Source: Macrostomum lignano
Taxonomy: Eukaryota
Reading direction: 5' to 3'
Assembly: GCA_002269645.1 (NCBI GenBank)
Contig: NIVC01001095.1
Span: forward strand, 297,117 to 361,116
Length of the DNA stretch: 64,000 nucleotides
Positions within the stretch are counted from its first letter, which is position 1, and every line of letters begins with the position of its first letter. Positions 49,401-59,202 of the stretch are shown here, one piece after another. The translations under genes were made by a program, and so were the position numbers. Under the pieces are notes generated by a model. It searched no databases and was not told where the DNA came from. It worked only from the letters and a program-made list of their open reading frames with translations.

Positions 49401-50738
49401 TCTTCAGCAGACAGGCTGTCTCTGGCCCGTCGTTCGATGTTCAATTAATCAATCAACTCCTGCTAGCCTAGGCTTAAGCCTTTTCACCTGCCATCATTAG
49501 CTTTGCGAGAGAAGTCCGGCGTTAATTAAAATTATGTTAACCAAAATGAGGAGGCTGGCCTTGCCATTTTTTCTAATTTCATGTTTAACCCTCTTTCTCT
49601 GTTTCCTTGAAGTAGCAGCAGAAAAGTGCCTCTCTCCTGATAACGCGAACCTGCCGCCTTTGCTTCTGACCCCTATCTCGCGCAAATATGCCTGGCTGTT
49701 CCTCTCGCCCCGCCCCCCCTGCACCCCTACATCTCTCCCTGCATCCCTCTTCCTATACTTGCACGCCTTTCTCTCTCCCCCTGCATCTCTATCCCTTTCC
49801 CTGCACCCCTATCTCTCCCCCTTGCATCTCTATCCCTTTCCCTGCATCCCTCTCCCTGCATCCCTATCTCTCTCCCTGCACCCCTATCTCTCTCCTGCAT
49901 CTCTATCCCTTTCCCTGCATCCCTCTCCCTGCATCCCTCTCCCTGCATCCCTATCTCTCTCCCCCTGCATCTCTATCCCTTTCCCTGCGCCCCTATTTCT
50001 CTCCCCTTGCATCTCTATCCCTTTCCCTGCATCCCTCTCCCTGCATCCTTATCTCTCTACCCGCACTTCTATTTCTCTCCCTGCATCCCTATCTCTCTAC
50101 CTGCATCTCTATCCCTTTCCCTGCATCCCTCTCCCTGCATCCTTATCTCTCTACCCGCACTTCTATTCCTCTCCCTGCACCCCAATCTCTCTACCTGCAT
50201 CTCATCCCTCCCTGCATCCCTATCCCTTTTCCCGAATCCCGCTCTCTATATCCCTATGTCTTTCCCTGCATTCCTATCTCCTTTATCTTTTCTGCTTGAA
50301 CAGGCTACTGCGATATTCTGATGTATAAAAATAACAAAATAGCTGAGTGAGTTGTTCCCTCATTCAAGCCTGTTTCTCATTGTCTGTCTTGTATGTATCT
50401 TCAGCAGGACTGCTATTCTTGGGTCATCTACCTCTCTATCCTCCAATTCTTCTAATCCCTTTTGTCAAAAAATCTTTAACACTTGTACCCCGTGATTTAG
50501 CCGCTGCTCATTGCAACACCTGAGCTCAATAAATCATTAGTTAGGTTGTCGGAGTCTTGTCATTCGTTAATGATGGCGCAGTTTTTTTTACACAAGACTA
50601 TTTTTGCTTCTGCTATTCTCCAACATTGCTCAGGCACTGCTGCAGCCGCCAGATGATCTCAAGTCAGCCCTGGATGAGGCCGGGCTGCCTAGAGACTGTT
50701 TCGTTACGGTGAGACCGGGAGGAAGTCTGACCGTTTGA
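46415..50738 (+). CDS. NAPEPLD: N-acyl-phosphatidylethanolamine phospholipase D (metallo-beta-lactamase fold), 354 aa; exons 46415-46993, 47379-47641, 48151-48268, 50634-50738
   Basis: F.NPW, TWLGHAS, SHNHFDH (HxHxDH), GDTGY, PIGAYQPR, IHWGTF; phase-compatible chain of 1065 nt. An extra upstream exon cannot be excluded. Confidence 0.92.
47662..47989 (+). mobile_element. tRNA-derived SINE, family A, in NAPE-PLD intron 2
   Basis: A-box TAGCCCAGTGG, B-box GGCTCGATTCC, poly-A at 47979-47989; homologous to 2098-2448. Confidence 0.87.
48305..49130. repeat. 27-bp minisatellite (CAGGTGTGACCATCATTTCACGTGTCT)n in NAPE-PLD intron 3
   Basis: 27-bp periodicity, giving the CDHHFTCLR pseudo-repeat. Confidence 0.95.
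49715..50275. repeat. Pyrimidine-rich degenerate tandem repeat (CCCTGCATCTCTATCCCTTT-type units)
   Basis: Directly visible. Confidence 0.88.
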
Positions 50739-51221
50739 AAAACTTGGCCGTTCTGACGCAGTATACTCTTTTTAGCAGGTTAGTTGACCAGCGGTAGCTA
50801 GATGCAACCATGATACTCTGAATTGCCGTGCCAATAGCTAACAGCTAAGAAGCAGCCATGCTGCAGATGCGAATCAGTTTAACCAATTGTTTCCTTATTA
50901 TTTTACTTGCTACAAAATAGGCAGTAGCTTTTTGTGCGTGTGTTTTCTATCTTATCCCGATGCTTAGCACGCGATCGATCGATACTTCTTTTGTGAACTG
51001 GTTTAAAATTTGCGCTCGAAAATATATCAGTGTTAATTCGATTGACTTTTTTATTCAGAGCAGTCCAAGCCGGCTTGTGGCTGCGACTCGTTAGGACTGT
51101 GTTAAATCTGCGTTAATATTGTCTTTTCATATGCTACACTGCTACATTGCACTCTTCTACCAACCCTTCCAAAGGGTTGACCCTTGCAGCCTGAAACCTT
51201 ATAGGTAATCTATTGAACCTA

Positions 51222-51960
51222 CATGTATCTACCTACCTATCTACCTACCTACCTACCTATCTACCTACCTATCTACCTACCTACCTATCTACCTACCTAC
51301 CTACCTACCTATCTACCTACCTACCTATCTATCTATCTATCTACCTACCTATCTACTTGCCTATCTAACTATCTATCTATCTGCCTATCTATCTATTTAC
51401 CTATCTATCTACCTATCTATTTACCTATCTACCTACCTATCTACTTACCTATCTACCTATCTATCTATCTATTTATCTATCTATCTATCTACCTATCTAT
51501 TTACCTATCTACCTACCTATCTACCTACCTATCTATCTACCTACCTATCTATTTACCTATCTACCCATCTACATACCTACCTATCTATCTATCTATCTAT
51601 TTATCTATCTGTCTACCTACCTATCTATCTTACCTATATACCTAACTGCCTGTCTGTCTCTATGTACCTACCTGTTGTAATAGATTTCTAACCTCCTAAC
51701 TACCTATTCTACCTGCTTAATTACCCATTCTACCTGTCTACCTACTTACCTACCTACCTTTCTAATAGTCTTTCGACCACCTAACTACCTACCTACTTGC
51801 CTACCTCTATACCTACCTATCTACCTAACAACCTATTTACTTATCTAGATGCCTACCTGTATAACTGCCTGTCTTTCTACATTTTTACCTACCTACCTAC
51901 TTACTTACCATCTAACTGTGTGCCTACCTGTAACTACCTATCTGACTATCCGTCTGTCTA
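51222..51960. repeat. (CTAC)n/(CTAT)n microsatellite decaying toward the 3' side
   Basis: Directly visible. Confidence 0.93.
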
Positions 51961-52224
51961 TATTTAGCTTCCTTATTTGAATACTTGCCTGTCTAATCAC
52001 CGGTATACCTGCTTACACGTTGCCTTACCGCAAGTTACCAGCCATCCTGAGCAGCAGTAAGTGTCAAATGGCAAATGAGTTCCAAAATTCTGGTTTCACA
52101 AAAATTTCCCTATCATTTTAGCATCAAGTAGACATAAATAGTATTGGGAATTTCAACAAAATGCTCCATAAACATTAAAAGCCAAATTAGGGAAATTAAT
52201 GGGCTAATAATTATTGTGTGGTTA

Positions 52225-53050
52225 AATGCCTTGGTGAAGCTGTCCAGCTCAGCTTGCAGCGCAACAACCAGCTCCTCCCTCGAGTCTAAGCGCTTCCCCT
52301 TCAGATTGTTCTTCATCCTGGGAAAGCGAATATGCCGGATGCGGCAGCTGGACGAGTTGGGTCGCCTGAAGAAACTCCTGGGTCACTCGTGCCCGGTTGT
52401 GCGGGAGCGTTGTCCTGATGGGCGAACATGCGTTTGTAAAGCGTATTCGGCTGCTGCTGTGCAAGCACCTGCAGAACCTCTGGCAAGCAGACGGTGCTGT
52501 ACCATTCTGCCGTCACTGTGGCGCCTTGCTGCAGCAGCACTGGCGGCAGGATGCCGCTGTTTCGGAAGAAAATGGCCGCCATCACTTTTCTGACGCTGCG
52601 CTCGCGACGAACTTTGAGAGGAGCATCTTCCTTGTTGGTGACCCAGTGCCCACTCTGCTCTTTGGTCTCTGGGTCATAGAAGTAGACCCAGCTTTCATCG
52701 CCAGTGAGGATGTTATCCACCAACTTTGAGCGGCCTCCGTCAAATCTGGTCGCCATGAGGTCGGCGAACTCAACGCGGGCTCGCATCTGGTCATGGCTGA
52801 GCGGGTGGGGCACCAAGCGAGCGGACAGCTTCATGCAGAGGTGCTGGTGCAGGATCTTAATGATGGTGGAATCCGACACCCCGACGAGCTGCTCACACCA
52901 GCGAATCGTCACTCGCCGATTTTCGTCCACGTGGCGTCGAACAGCAGCAACGACTCCGTCAGAGACGGCCAAACTCGGCCGCTCCTCGCGAGGATCATCG
53001 TTCTGCAGAGTGGCCGATTTACAAGCGAACGCAGAACATCCAACTCTAAC
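52225..53050 (-). mobile_element. Defective mariner (DD34D-type) transposase remnant; no TIRs recognised
   Basis: RLVPHPL (WVPHEL-like), LTGDESWVY, HQDNAPA; a frameshift follows DNAPA, and HPAYS is joined directly to FPRMK, so the segment with the third catalytic Asp is deleted. Confidence 0.9.
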
Positions 53051-53329
53051 TGCTGGTCCAATTTCTTTTGATTTGCGCATCAGGCCTTAAGGTAGGCCTG
53101 GCTTAAATATTGATAGTCTTTTTAAATCAAAAGACTAGATCGAGAACACTATGAAAGAAATGATGTTAGTAAAAATTGTCTAAATTTAATTATTTAGACA
53201 GGTCTAGGAATTAGTATGGTTACCTGTCTTAGCTCTATAAGGCTTGTAAATTTGGATGTCCATTTTCTAACTTGGCGTCAAATGTTTGCTTTTGTATAAA
53301 AATATTTAATTGATTGATCTCAGTCATCT

Positions 53330-53800
53330 CACCCATTTCTCTTGAGAGATTTCACCCTCTTCTCTCGAGAGATCTAATTCTTTTCTCTTGAGAGATCTCA
53401 CCCTCTTCTCTCGAGAGATCTCATCCTCTTCTCTCGAGAGATCTCATCCTCTTCTCTTGAGAGATCTCACCCTTTTCTCTCGAGAGATCTCATCCTTTTC
53501 TCTTGAGAGATCTCATCCTCCTCTCGAGAGATCTCATCCTCTTCTCTCGAGATATCTCATCCTTTTCTCTTGAGAGATCTCACCCTTTTCTCTTGAGTGA
53601 TCTCATCCTTTTTCTACAGAGATCCCCCCATTCTCTCCAGAGAGATCTCCCCTTATCTCACGAGAGATCTCAATCACTTCTTACGATAGATCTGATCTTC
53701 TAATCACGAGAGATTTTATGCCCTTCCTTTTCTCTTGAGAGTTCTCACCGTTTCTCTATAGAGATCTTACCCTCATCTTACGAGAGATCTCATCCTTTTC
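53330..53800. repeat. 23-bp minisatellite (TCTCGAGAGATCTCATCCTCTTC)n
   Basis: GAGAGATC recurs at 53413, 53436, 53459 and onward. Confidence 0.9.
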
Positions 53801-54225
53801 TCGAACAAATTATTAACCTGACTTTCAAGGGATGAAGTCTGCAGCTTCTAAACTTACTCGAGTTTCTTTGTTTACTAGATCTGTCAAACTCGAAGATTGA
53901 TCAGAAAAATGATGATGAAGACATCCCTCGATTTCAAGTCAATCTCGGTGGAGTCATTCCAGGTCGAGCAGTTCCGCCTCACTGCTCGCTATATATAATG
54001 TAAGCAAGCAAAACGAGATGAAGCGGCATGCAAGCTCTTTTGATAAACACTGTTGCGTGCCAGCATTGCATCCGGGTTGGAAGTTGCCCATAACAGTTGG
54101 CGGCGTATTCTGATACTGTTGATCCATTGGAGACCAGCAAGGCTTGAAGCCTGAAACTCTGGCCTCTGAAAGCACTAGTAGACTGATCCCATGATGGTTG
54201 CACCTGAGTCTGTTTTTGACTGGCT

Positions 54226-54681
<456 letters not shown>

Positions 54682-54706
54682 ATAGATAGATAAAGCAAAT
54701 AGATAA

Positions 54707-56647
54707 ACCAAAAGCCGAAGCTGGTACAGCTCGCATCACCGCCAAGCAAGAGTACCTCAACAACCAAACAGTCGTCCACATGGCCAGCAGTACCAAGGTG
54801 TGCGTTCGGCTGTGAGGCGACTATCTCCAGAACATGGCCGGCAGTTTGATCGCCAGCGTGACGGCGATGTCAGATCTAGAAGCCGCCATCGCCAAAGAGA
54901 CCGCGCTACGCAGGACAGGACGGGCGGCGACCGGCAACAACGTCGGAATGCAGGTGGGTCGCTGACAACCGCCGCGTCCGGAGTCGCCCGCCAAGTCAAA
55001 CAGCTGTTTCGTGCTGCTCACCACCTGGAAAATTGGCAGGTGACACCATCTTCGATCCGACTAAAGTCTCAGCAGCTGAAAACACTAATCAGGCCTGCAG
55101 TGCCCACGGAATCGACAAAATCGCGGATTGCTGAGAACGCCGATCAGTGGGAAGTCAGCACGCTAGACACAATGCAGAGCCATTATGAGATCAGCATCCA
55201 TCATCTAGCTGCTGAACTTCTGGAAGCCAGGAAGGACGCTGACCCTTCTGATTGGGAAACCGGCTGGCAAGTCGGTTTTCACTGGGCGGCGAAGGACCTC
55301 GGCAGAAGATTCAGCTACAGCCCTGATCTGCTGCAATACCGGCTGAAAAAAATGTCCATCGAGCTGAAGGTACCTGAATTTACTGCTAACAAAGGTAGGA
55401 CTATCTCTTCTTTTGATACTGTGATTGTAAGCAACCAAACCACCAGCTCTATGGGGGTTCCCGTTTCAAACCTCTTGTCTGGGGTGGTGGGTTCGAATCA
55501 ACCCCACCAAGCCGCCAGCCCTGTGACAACTGAGCAGGGGAGGGAGCAACCAGCAGGGAATCATCCCTCCAGCCCTTCAACGGGCATGGAAGAATCTCCC
55601 GACTGGCGAGGCTTTAACGAGGAACCGAGCATGCTAAGCCATACGGACGAGGACAACCAAGCTTGCCCGCCGATTTTTCCGACAGAAGAGCCGCCTGAAG
55701 GGCTCAATTCGCAAATGCAGGGTCCAGTTGCCTGTGACCAGGGGCTGGACACGGGGGTGGTCTGTGACCAGACACCTCCACCTGCAAACTCCATTGCTGC
55801 TGATCAAAACGAATCAGCTATTTCAATACCTGCCATCTTGACTTCGAGTCGTCAACAGCAGAGTCAAGTCGCCTGTGACCAGGGGCTTGACACGGGGGTG
55901 GTCTGTGACCAGACATCCCCAGCTGCTGCTAATAGCAACAACATCGATGCCAGCCAAGCTGACTCTTTCGTGTCTTTTGCGACACCCACCGACAACGTTG
56001 CATTTTTACAGAGTAGATTTGCTTGCGCTGAGCCACCCAGGCTTGCCAGTGACAGCAATAGGGACAGTCTTGAGCTGACCCCTCCTCGATCGGCACTTGC
56101 TCAACCAAGCCAGATTAACGTCCATAGGGGACTTAAGAAAGACTGGAAACTGACCCCTATCGAAAAGTCAACGATCGCGATCGGCGATGAGAGTCTCTCT
56201 GAGCCCGGGCAAGCGCACCCAGATGTACAATTTGAAATTTTTCCGAATCTACGCGCTGAGAACCTAATCAGGGTGCTGCGTGAGCAGTTGAAAAGCCCTA
56301 GCTCAGCTGTCAAAGCGGTCATTCTCTTCCCTTGTGGTCATGACCTGTCGAGACAATTTGAAGGTGTCCTCGACAAACAGCTCACGACAATCGTGAATCA
56401 TTGTCGCAAGGCCTTTCCAGAGGCAAACATCTACACACTTGACTCAGTGGTGGATGCCGAGGCAACGGACAGCGTCCGAAGCAATGTGGAAAAATTGAAC
56501 CGCCATGCCCAGAATCTCAACCAGAAGGGGCACATGTCACTACCCAGACAGGGTTTGACCTTCCTGTCAGACAAGGTCACACTATCTGACCAATCGGCCT
56601 TGGAGGTCTTCAGGATTGTCTATGGCAAAGTACAAAAAAACTTGTAG
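54707..56647 (+). CDS. PLE ORF1, copy 1, 5'-truncated (ATG lost)
   Basis: Matches 59209-61149; one substitution was noticed (A55563 vs G60065, H vs R). Confidence 0.8.
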   Translation, partial: TKSRSWYSSHHRQARVPQQPNSRPHGQQYQGVRSAVRRLSPEHGRQFDRQRDGDVRSRSRHRQRDRATQDRTGGDRQQRRNAGGSLTTAASGVARQVKQLFRAAHHLENWQVTPSSIRLKSQQLKTLIRPAVPTESTKSRIAENADQWEVSTLDTMQSHYEISIHHLAAELLEARKDADPSDWETGWQVGFHWAAKDLGRRFSYSPDLLQYRLKKMSIELKVPEFTANKGRTISSFDTVIVSNQTTSSMGVPVSNLLSGVVGSNQPHQAASPVTTEQGREQPAGNHPSSPSTGMEESPDWRGFNEEPSMLSHTDEDNQACPPIFPTEEPPEGLNSQMQGPVACDQGLDTGVVCDQTPPPANSIAADQNESAISIPAILTSSRQQQSQVACDQGLDTGVVCDQTSPAAANSNNIDASQADSFVSFATPTDNVAFLQSRFACAEPPRLASDSNRDSLELTPPRSALAQPSQINVHRGLKKDWKLTPIEKSTIAIGDESLSEPGQAHPDVQFEIFPNLRAENLIRVLREQLKSPSSAVKAVILFPCGHDLSRQFEGVLDKQLTTIVNHCRKAFPEANIYTLDSVVDAEATDSVRSNVEKLNRHAQNLNQKGHMSLPRQGLTFLSDKVTLSDQSALEVFRIVYGKVQKNL

Positions 56648-56676
56648 GTTTTAGGAATGCGGCTAGCAACCAAGTC

Positions 56677-58917
56677 TTGAACTTATCGAATTATCGTCTT
56701 TCTGACTGCGAAACCGAAATTTTAGGAATGGGGAAGAACTTTGTGCCAGCCCCAATTGTTATGGGGTCCAGCGTCCTTTCTGACTCCATCAAGGTTTTCA
56801 AGCAGAGAATAGTTCTTAACTCCCTGCTTCAGCGTCGCACGTGTGCTTTCACCCCGCGCATCCCTTATACTGGCCGAGCTTCGATCCCCAACATCAACTT
56901 GGACAAGTGGCGCTCTCACAGAGACCTTTTTGAAAGCCTTGACAGGATTAGAATTCCAAGAATCATACACAACAAGCCAAACCTTCAGGAGCAGCAGAGA
57001 ATGGCACTGAAGACTCTTCGAGACAATAGCAGTATCGTCATTAAACCTGCCGACAAGGGCAGCAATATGGTCGTTTTGAATCGAACAGATTACATACTGG
57101 AAGCTAACAGGCAGCTCTCCAACAGGACCTTCTACCAACCCCTTGACACTGCAATGAGCGCCCAGACCAGTGCCATTATCAAAGCCATTTTTCAAGATCT
57201 TAAAGAAGAAAAGATAATTACTAATCATCAATACTCGCAACTGATTCCGCCAACTATTCCAAGAGATCGAATTTTTTACCTTTTGCCAAAAATCCATAAG
57301 GATCCCGAAGAATGGCCTACTCCTGGAGTGCCTCCTGGGAGACCCATTGTCTCGGACTGCAGCTCGGAAAGCTACATGAGCGCCAAATTTATCGATCTCT
57401 TCCTACAGCCGATCGCTAAGGAACAAGACTCCTTCATCCGAGACACGGACCACTTTCAAGCGGCTATTAATGATTTGATTTTTGAAAAAGACGAAAATGT
57501 CTTTCTGGTTACAATGGATGTTGAATCCCTGTACACCAATATTCCCACTGATAAGGGGATGGACGCCATTAGAGATGCCTTTCAAACATTTCCCCAAACC
57601 TCAAGGCCAGATAACCATCTTCTTGCGCTCCTGGACATTAACTTGAACAAAAATGATTTTGTTTTCAACGACACGCGCTACCTTCAAATCAAAGGCACAA
57701 GCATGGGAAAGGCCTTTGCGCCATCCTACGCCAACATATTTATGTCTGCCTGGGAATCCAAAGCTTTAGAAACTGCTCCGTTTACCCCTCGTTTCTTCAA
57801 GCGCTACATTGACGACATTTTTATGGTCTTCGTCGGCACTGAAGACGAACTAAAGGAGATGCACAAGCATCTGAATGAGTTCGATTGCAACATCCGACTC
57901 ACGATGCAATACAGCAAAGAGAAGGTTCACTTCCTGGACTGCTGTGTCAGTCTGACTGACGAAGGCAACAACAAGAGACTTTCGTGCTCAATCTACTTCA
58001 AACCCACCGATTCACGCCAGCTTTTAAATCCGGGGTCTTTTCACCCAAAGCACACTTTCAAAGGTATACTGAAATCTCAGTTCCTCCGTTACGCTCGCCG
58101 TTGCACATTTAAAGAAGACTTCGATGAGGCCAGCAGCAGCTTAACAAGCATCCTGAAGAAACAAGGATATTCTGTCCGCTTAATCAGGGATTCTAAAAAA
58201 TCTGCCCTCATCCAGCTGGGCCTCTACATTGATGGTCGGTGGGAGTTCGGCTTCCAGGATTGTGGCAATCTAAGCTGCCGTCCTTGCAGAGAGCACGGGC
58301 ATTTTGGCCAAGTTTGTTTAGGGTCCAGCGCTACAAAAATGATTTACAAAATTTGTCAAAAAGTCCGCTGTGACTCCAGGAATGTGGTGTATGCCATTCT
58401 GTGCAAGACTTGCAATGACCGCTGTATCTACGTAGGTGAGACTGGAGGCGCTCTTAAAGTCAGACTTCAGGCTCACCTGAGCGACATCAGACTGGCTAAG
58501 GACACCCCAATCTCCAGGCACTTTCGGTCACCAAACCACAGTATTCAGGACCTCCGCTTTATGGGTCTGTGGTACCTCAGTACTGAGTGCCTGACCACTA
58601 AAGAGGGTGCTCAACGCAGGCGGAGGAATATGGAGCAGAAGCTCATCGCTTTACTACAGACCCAGACTCCAGCAGGCTTAAACACCGTCATCACTGAAAA
58701 AGACGCCTGCATCCCAATAGTGATCCCTTTCACGGACCACTCTGGGCGAATTGTTCATCAAATTCGCACGGCCATTTCGAACCACGCTGCAGAGCTGGAT
58801 ACGGTGGCTGCCTATACTCGCTCACGCTCATTAAAGGACATTCTATGTCCATCCAATCTGCCCGCCGTAACTAATGGTCAGGCCCGAAACTCAAACCTCT
58901 TTTCAGTTGAGCACTAG
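56677..58917 (+). CDS. PLE ORF2, copy 1: reverse transcriptase, Cys-rich linker and GIY-YIG endonuclease
   Basis: IKPADKG, YLLPKIHK, GRPIVS, MDVESLYTNIP, GTSMG, RYIDD; CGNLSCRPC linker; VVYAILC...YVGET...R..H. Confidence 0.95.
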   Translation: MNLSNYRLSDCETEILGMGKNFVPAPIVMGSSVLSDSIKVFKQRIVLNSLLQRRTCAFTPRIPYTGRASIPNINLDKWRSHRDLFESLDRIRIPRIIHNKPNLQEQQRMALKTLRDNSSIVIKPADKGSNMVVLNRTDYILEANRQLSNRTFYQPLDTAMSAQTSAIIKAIFQDLKEEKIITNHQYSQLIPPTIPRDRIFYLLPKIHKDPEEWPTPGVPPGRPIVSDCSSESYMSAKFIDLFLQPIAKEQDSFIRDTDHFQAAINDLIFEKDENVFLVTMDVESLYTNIPTDKGMDAIRDAFQTFPQTSRPDNHLLALLDINLNKNDFVFNDTRYLQIKGTSMGKAFAPSYANIFMSAWESKALETAPFTPRFFKRYIDDIFMVFVGTEDELKEMHKHLNEFDCNIRLTMQYSKEKVHFLDCCVSLTDEGNNKRLSCSIYFKPTDSRQLLNPGSFHPKHTFKGILKSQFLRYARRCTFKEDFDEASSSLTSILKKQGYSVRLIRDSKKSALIQLGLYIDGRWEFGFQDCGNLSCRPCREHGHFGQVCLGSSATKMIYKICQKVRCDSRNVVYAILCKTCNDRCIYVGETGGALKVRLQAHLSDIRLAKDTPISRHFRSPNHSIQDLRFMGLWYLSTECLTTKEGAQRRRRNMEQKLIALLQTQTPAGLNTVITEKDACIPIVIPFTDHSGRIVHQIRTAISNHAAELDTVAAYTRSRSLKDILCPSNLPAVTNGQARNSNLFSVEH

Positions 58918-59057
58918 ATGTACAGATGTACACACGCGTTGCATCGTGCCCGCCAAACCATATTGATTATTTTATTTTATTCGCGTCTTTCTATACTCAC
59001 TATAAATATTTAACTCTGTTTTAATTTGCCCTTTTTTCACAGTTTTTTATTTACAAT

Positions 59058-59099
59058 ATACCCTGACGAAGACCCTGTTTAGGTCGAAAATTCGGTTAT
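59058..59099 (+). ncRNA. Minimal type I hammerhead ribozyme (PLE-associated), predicted cleavage after C59093
   Basis: CC-CTGACGA-A-GACC(ctgttta)GGTC-GAAA-ATTC-GGT: conserved core, 4-bp stem II, loopless palindromic AATT stem III, CC/GG-based stem I. Confidence 0.82.
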
Positions 59100-59202
59100 T
59101 TTCTTAGAATTAAAGAAATTGTGAATTTGCTTCAACTGTGTGCGTGGTTTCATTTCGCATTATCTTCTCCCGGGACCAGTGAAGCAATCTCACAGTTTCC
59201 CT

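Noticed and set aside
49534-50328. 264-aa ORF with a signal-peptide-like start
   Set aside because: Most of it is a pyrimidine-rich repeat inside a NAPE-PLD intron, with no domain signal.
56722-57297. 191-aa antisense ORF in the PLE (repeated at 61224-61799)
   Set aside because: Shadow of the RT frame with no motif; its duplication only reflects the tandem unit.
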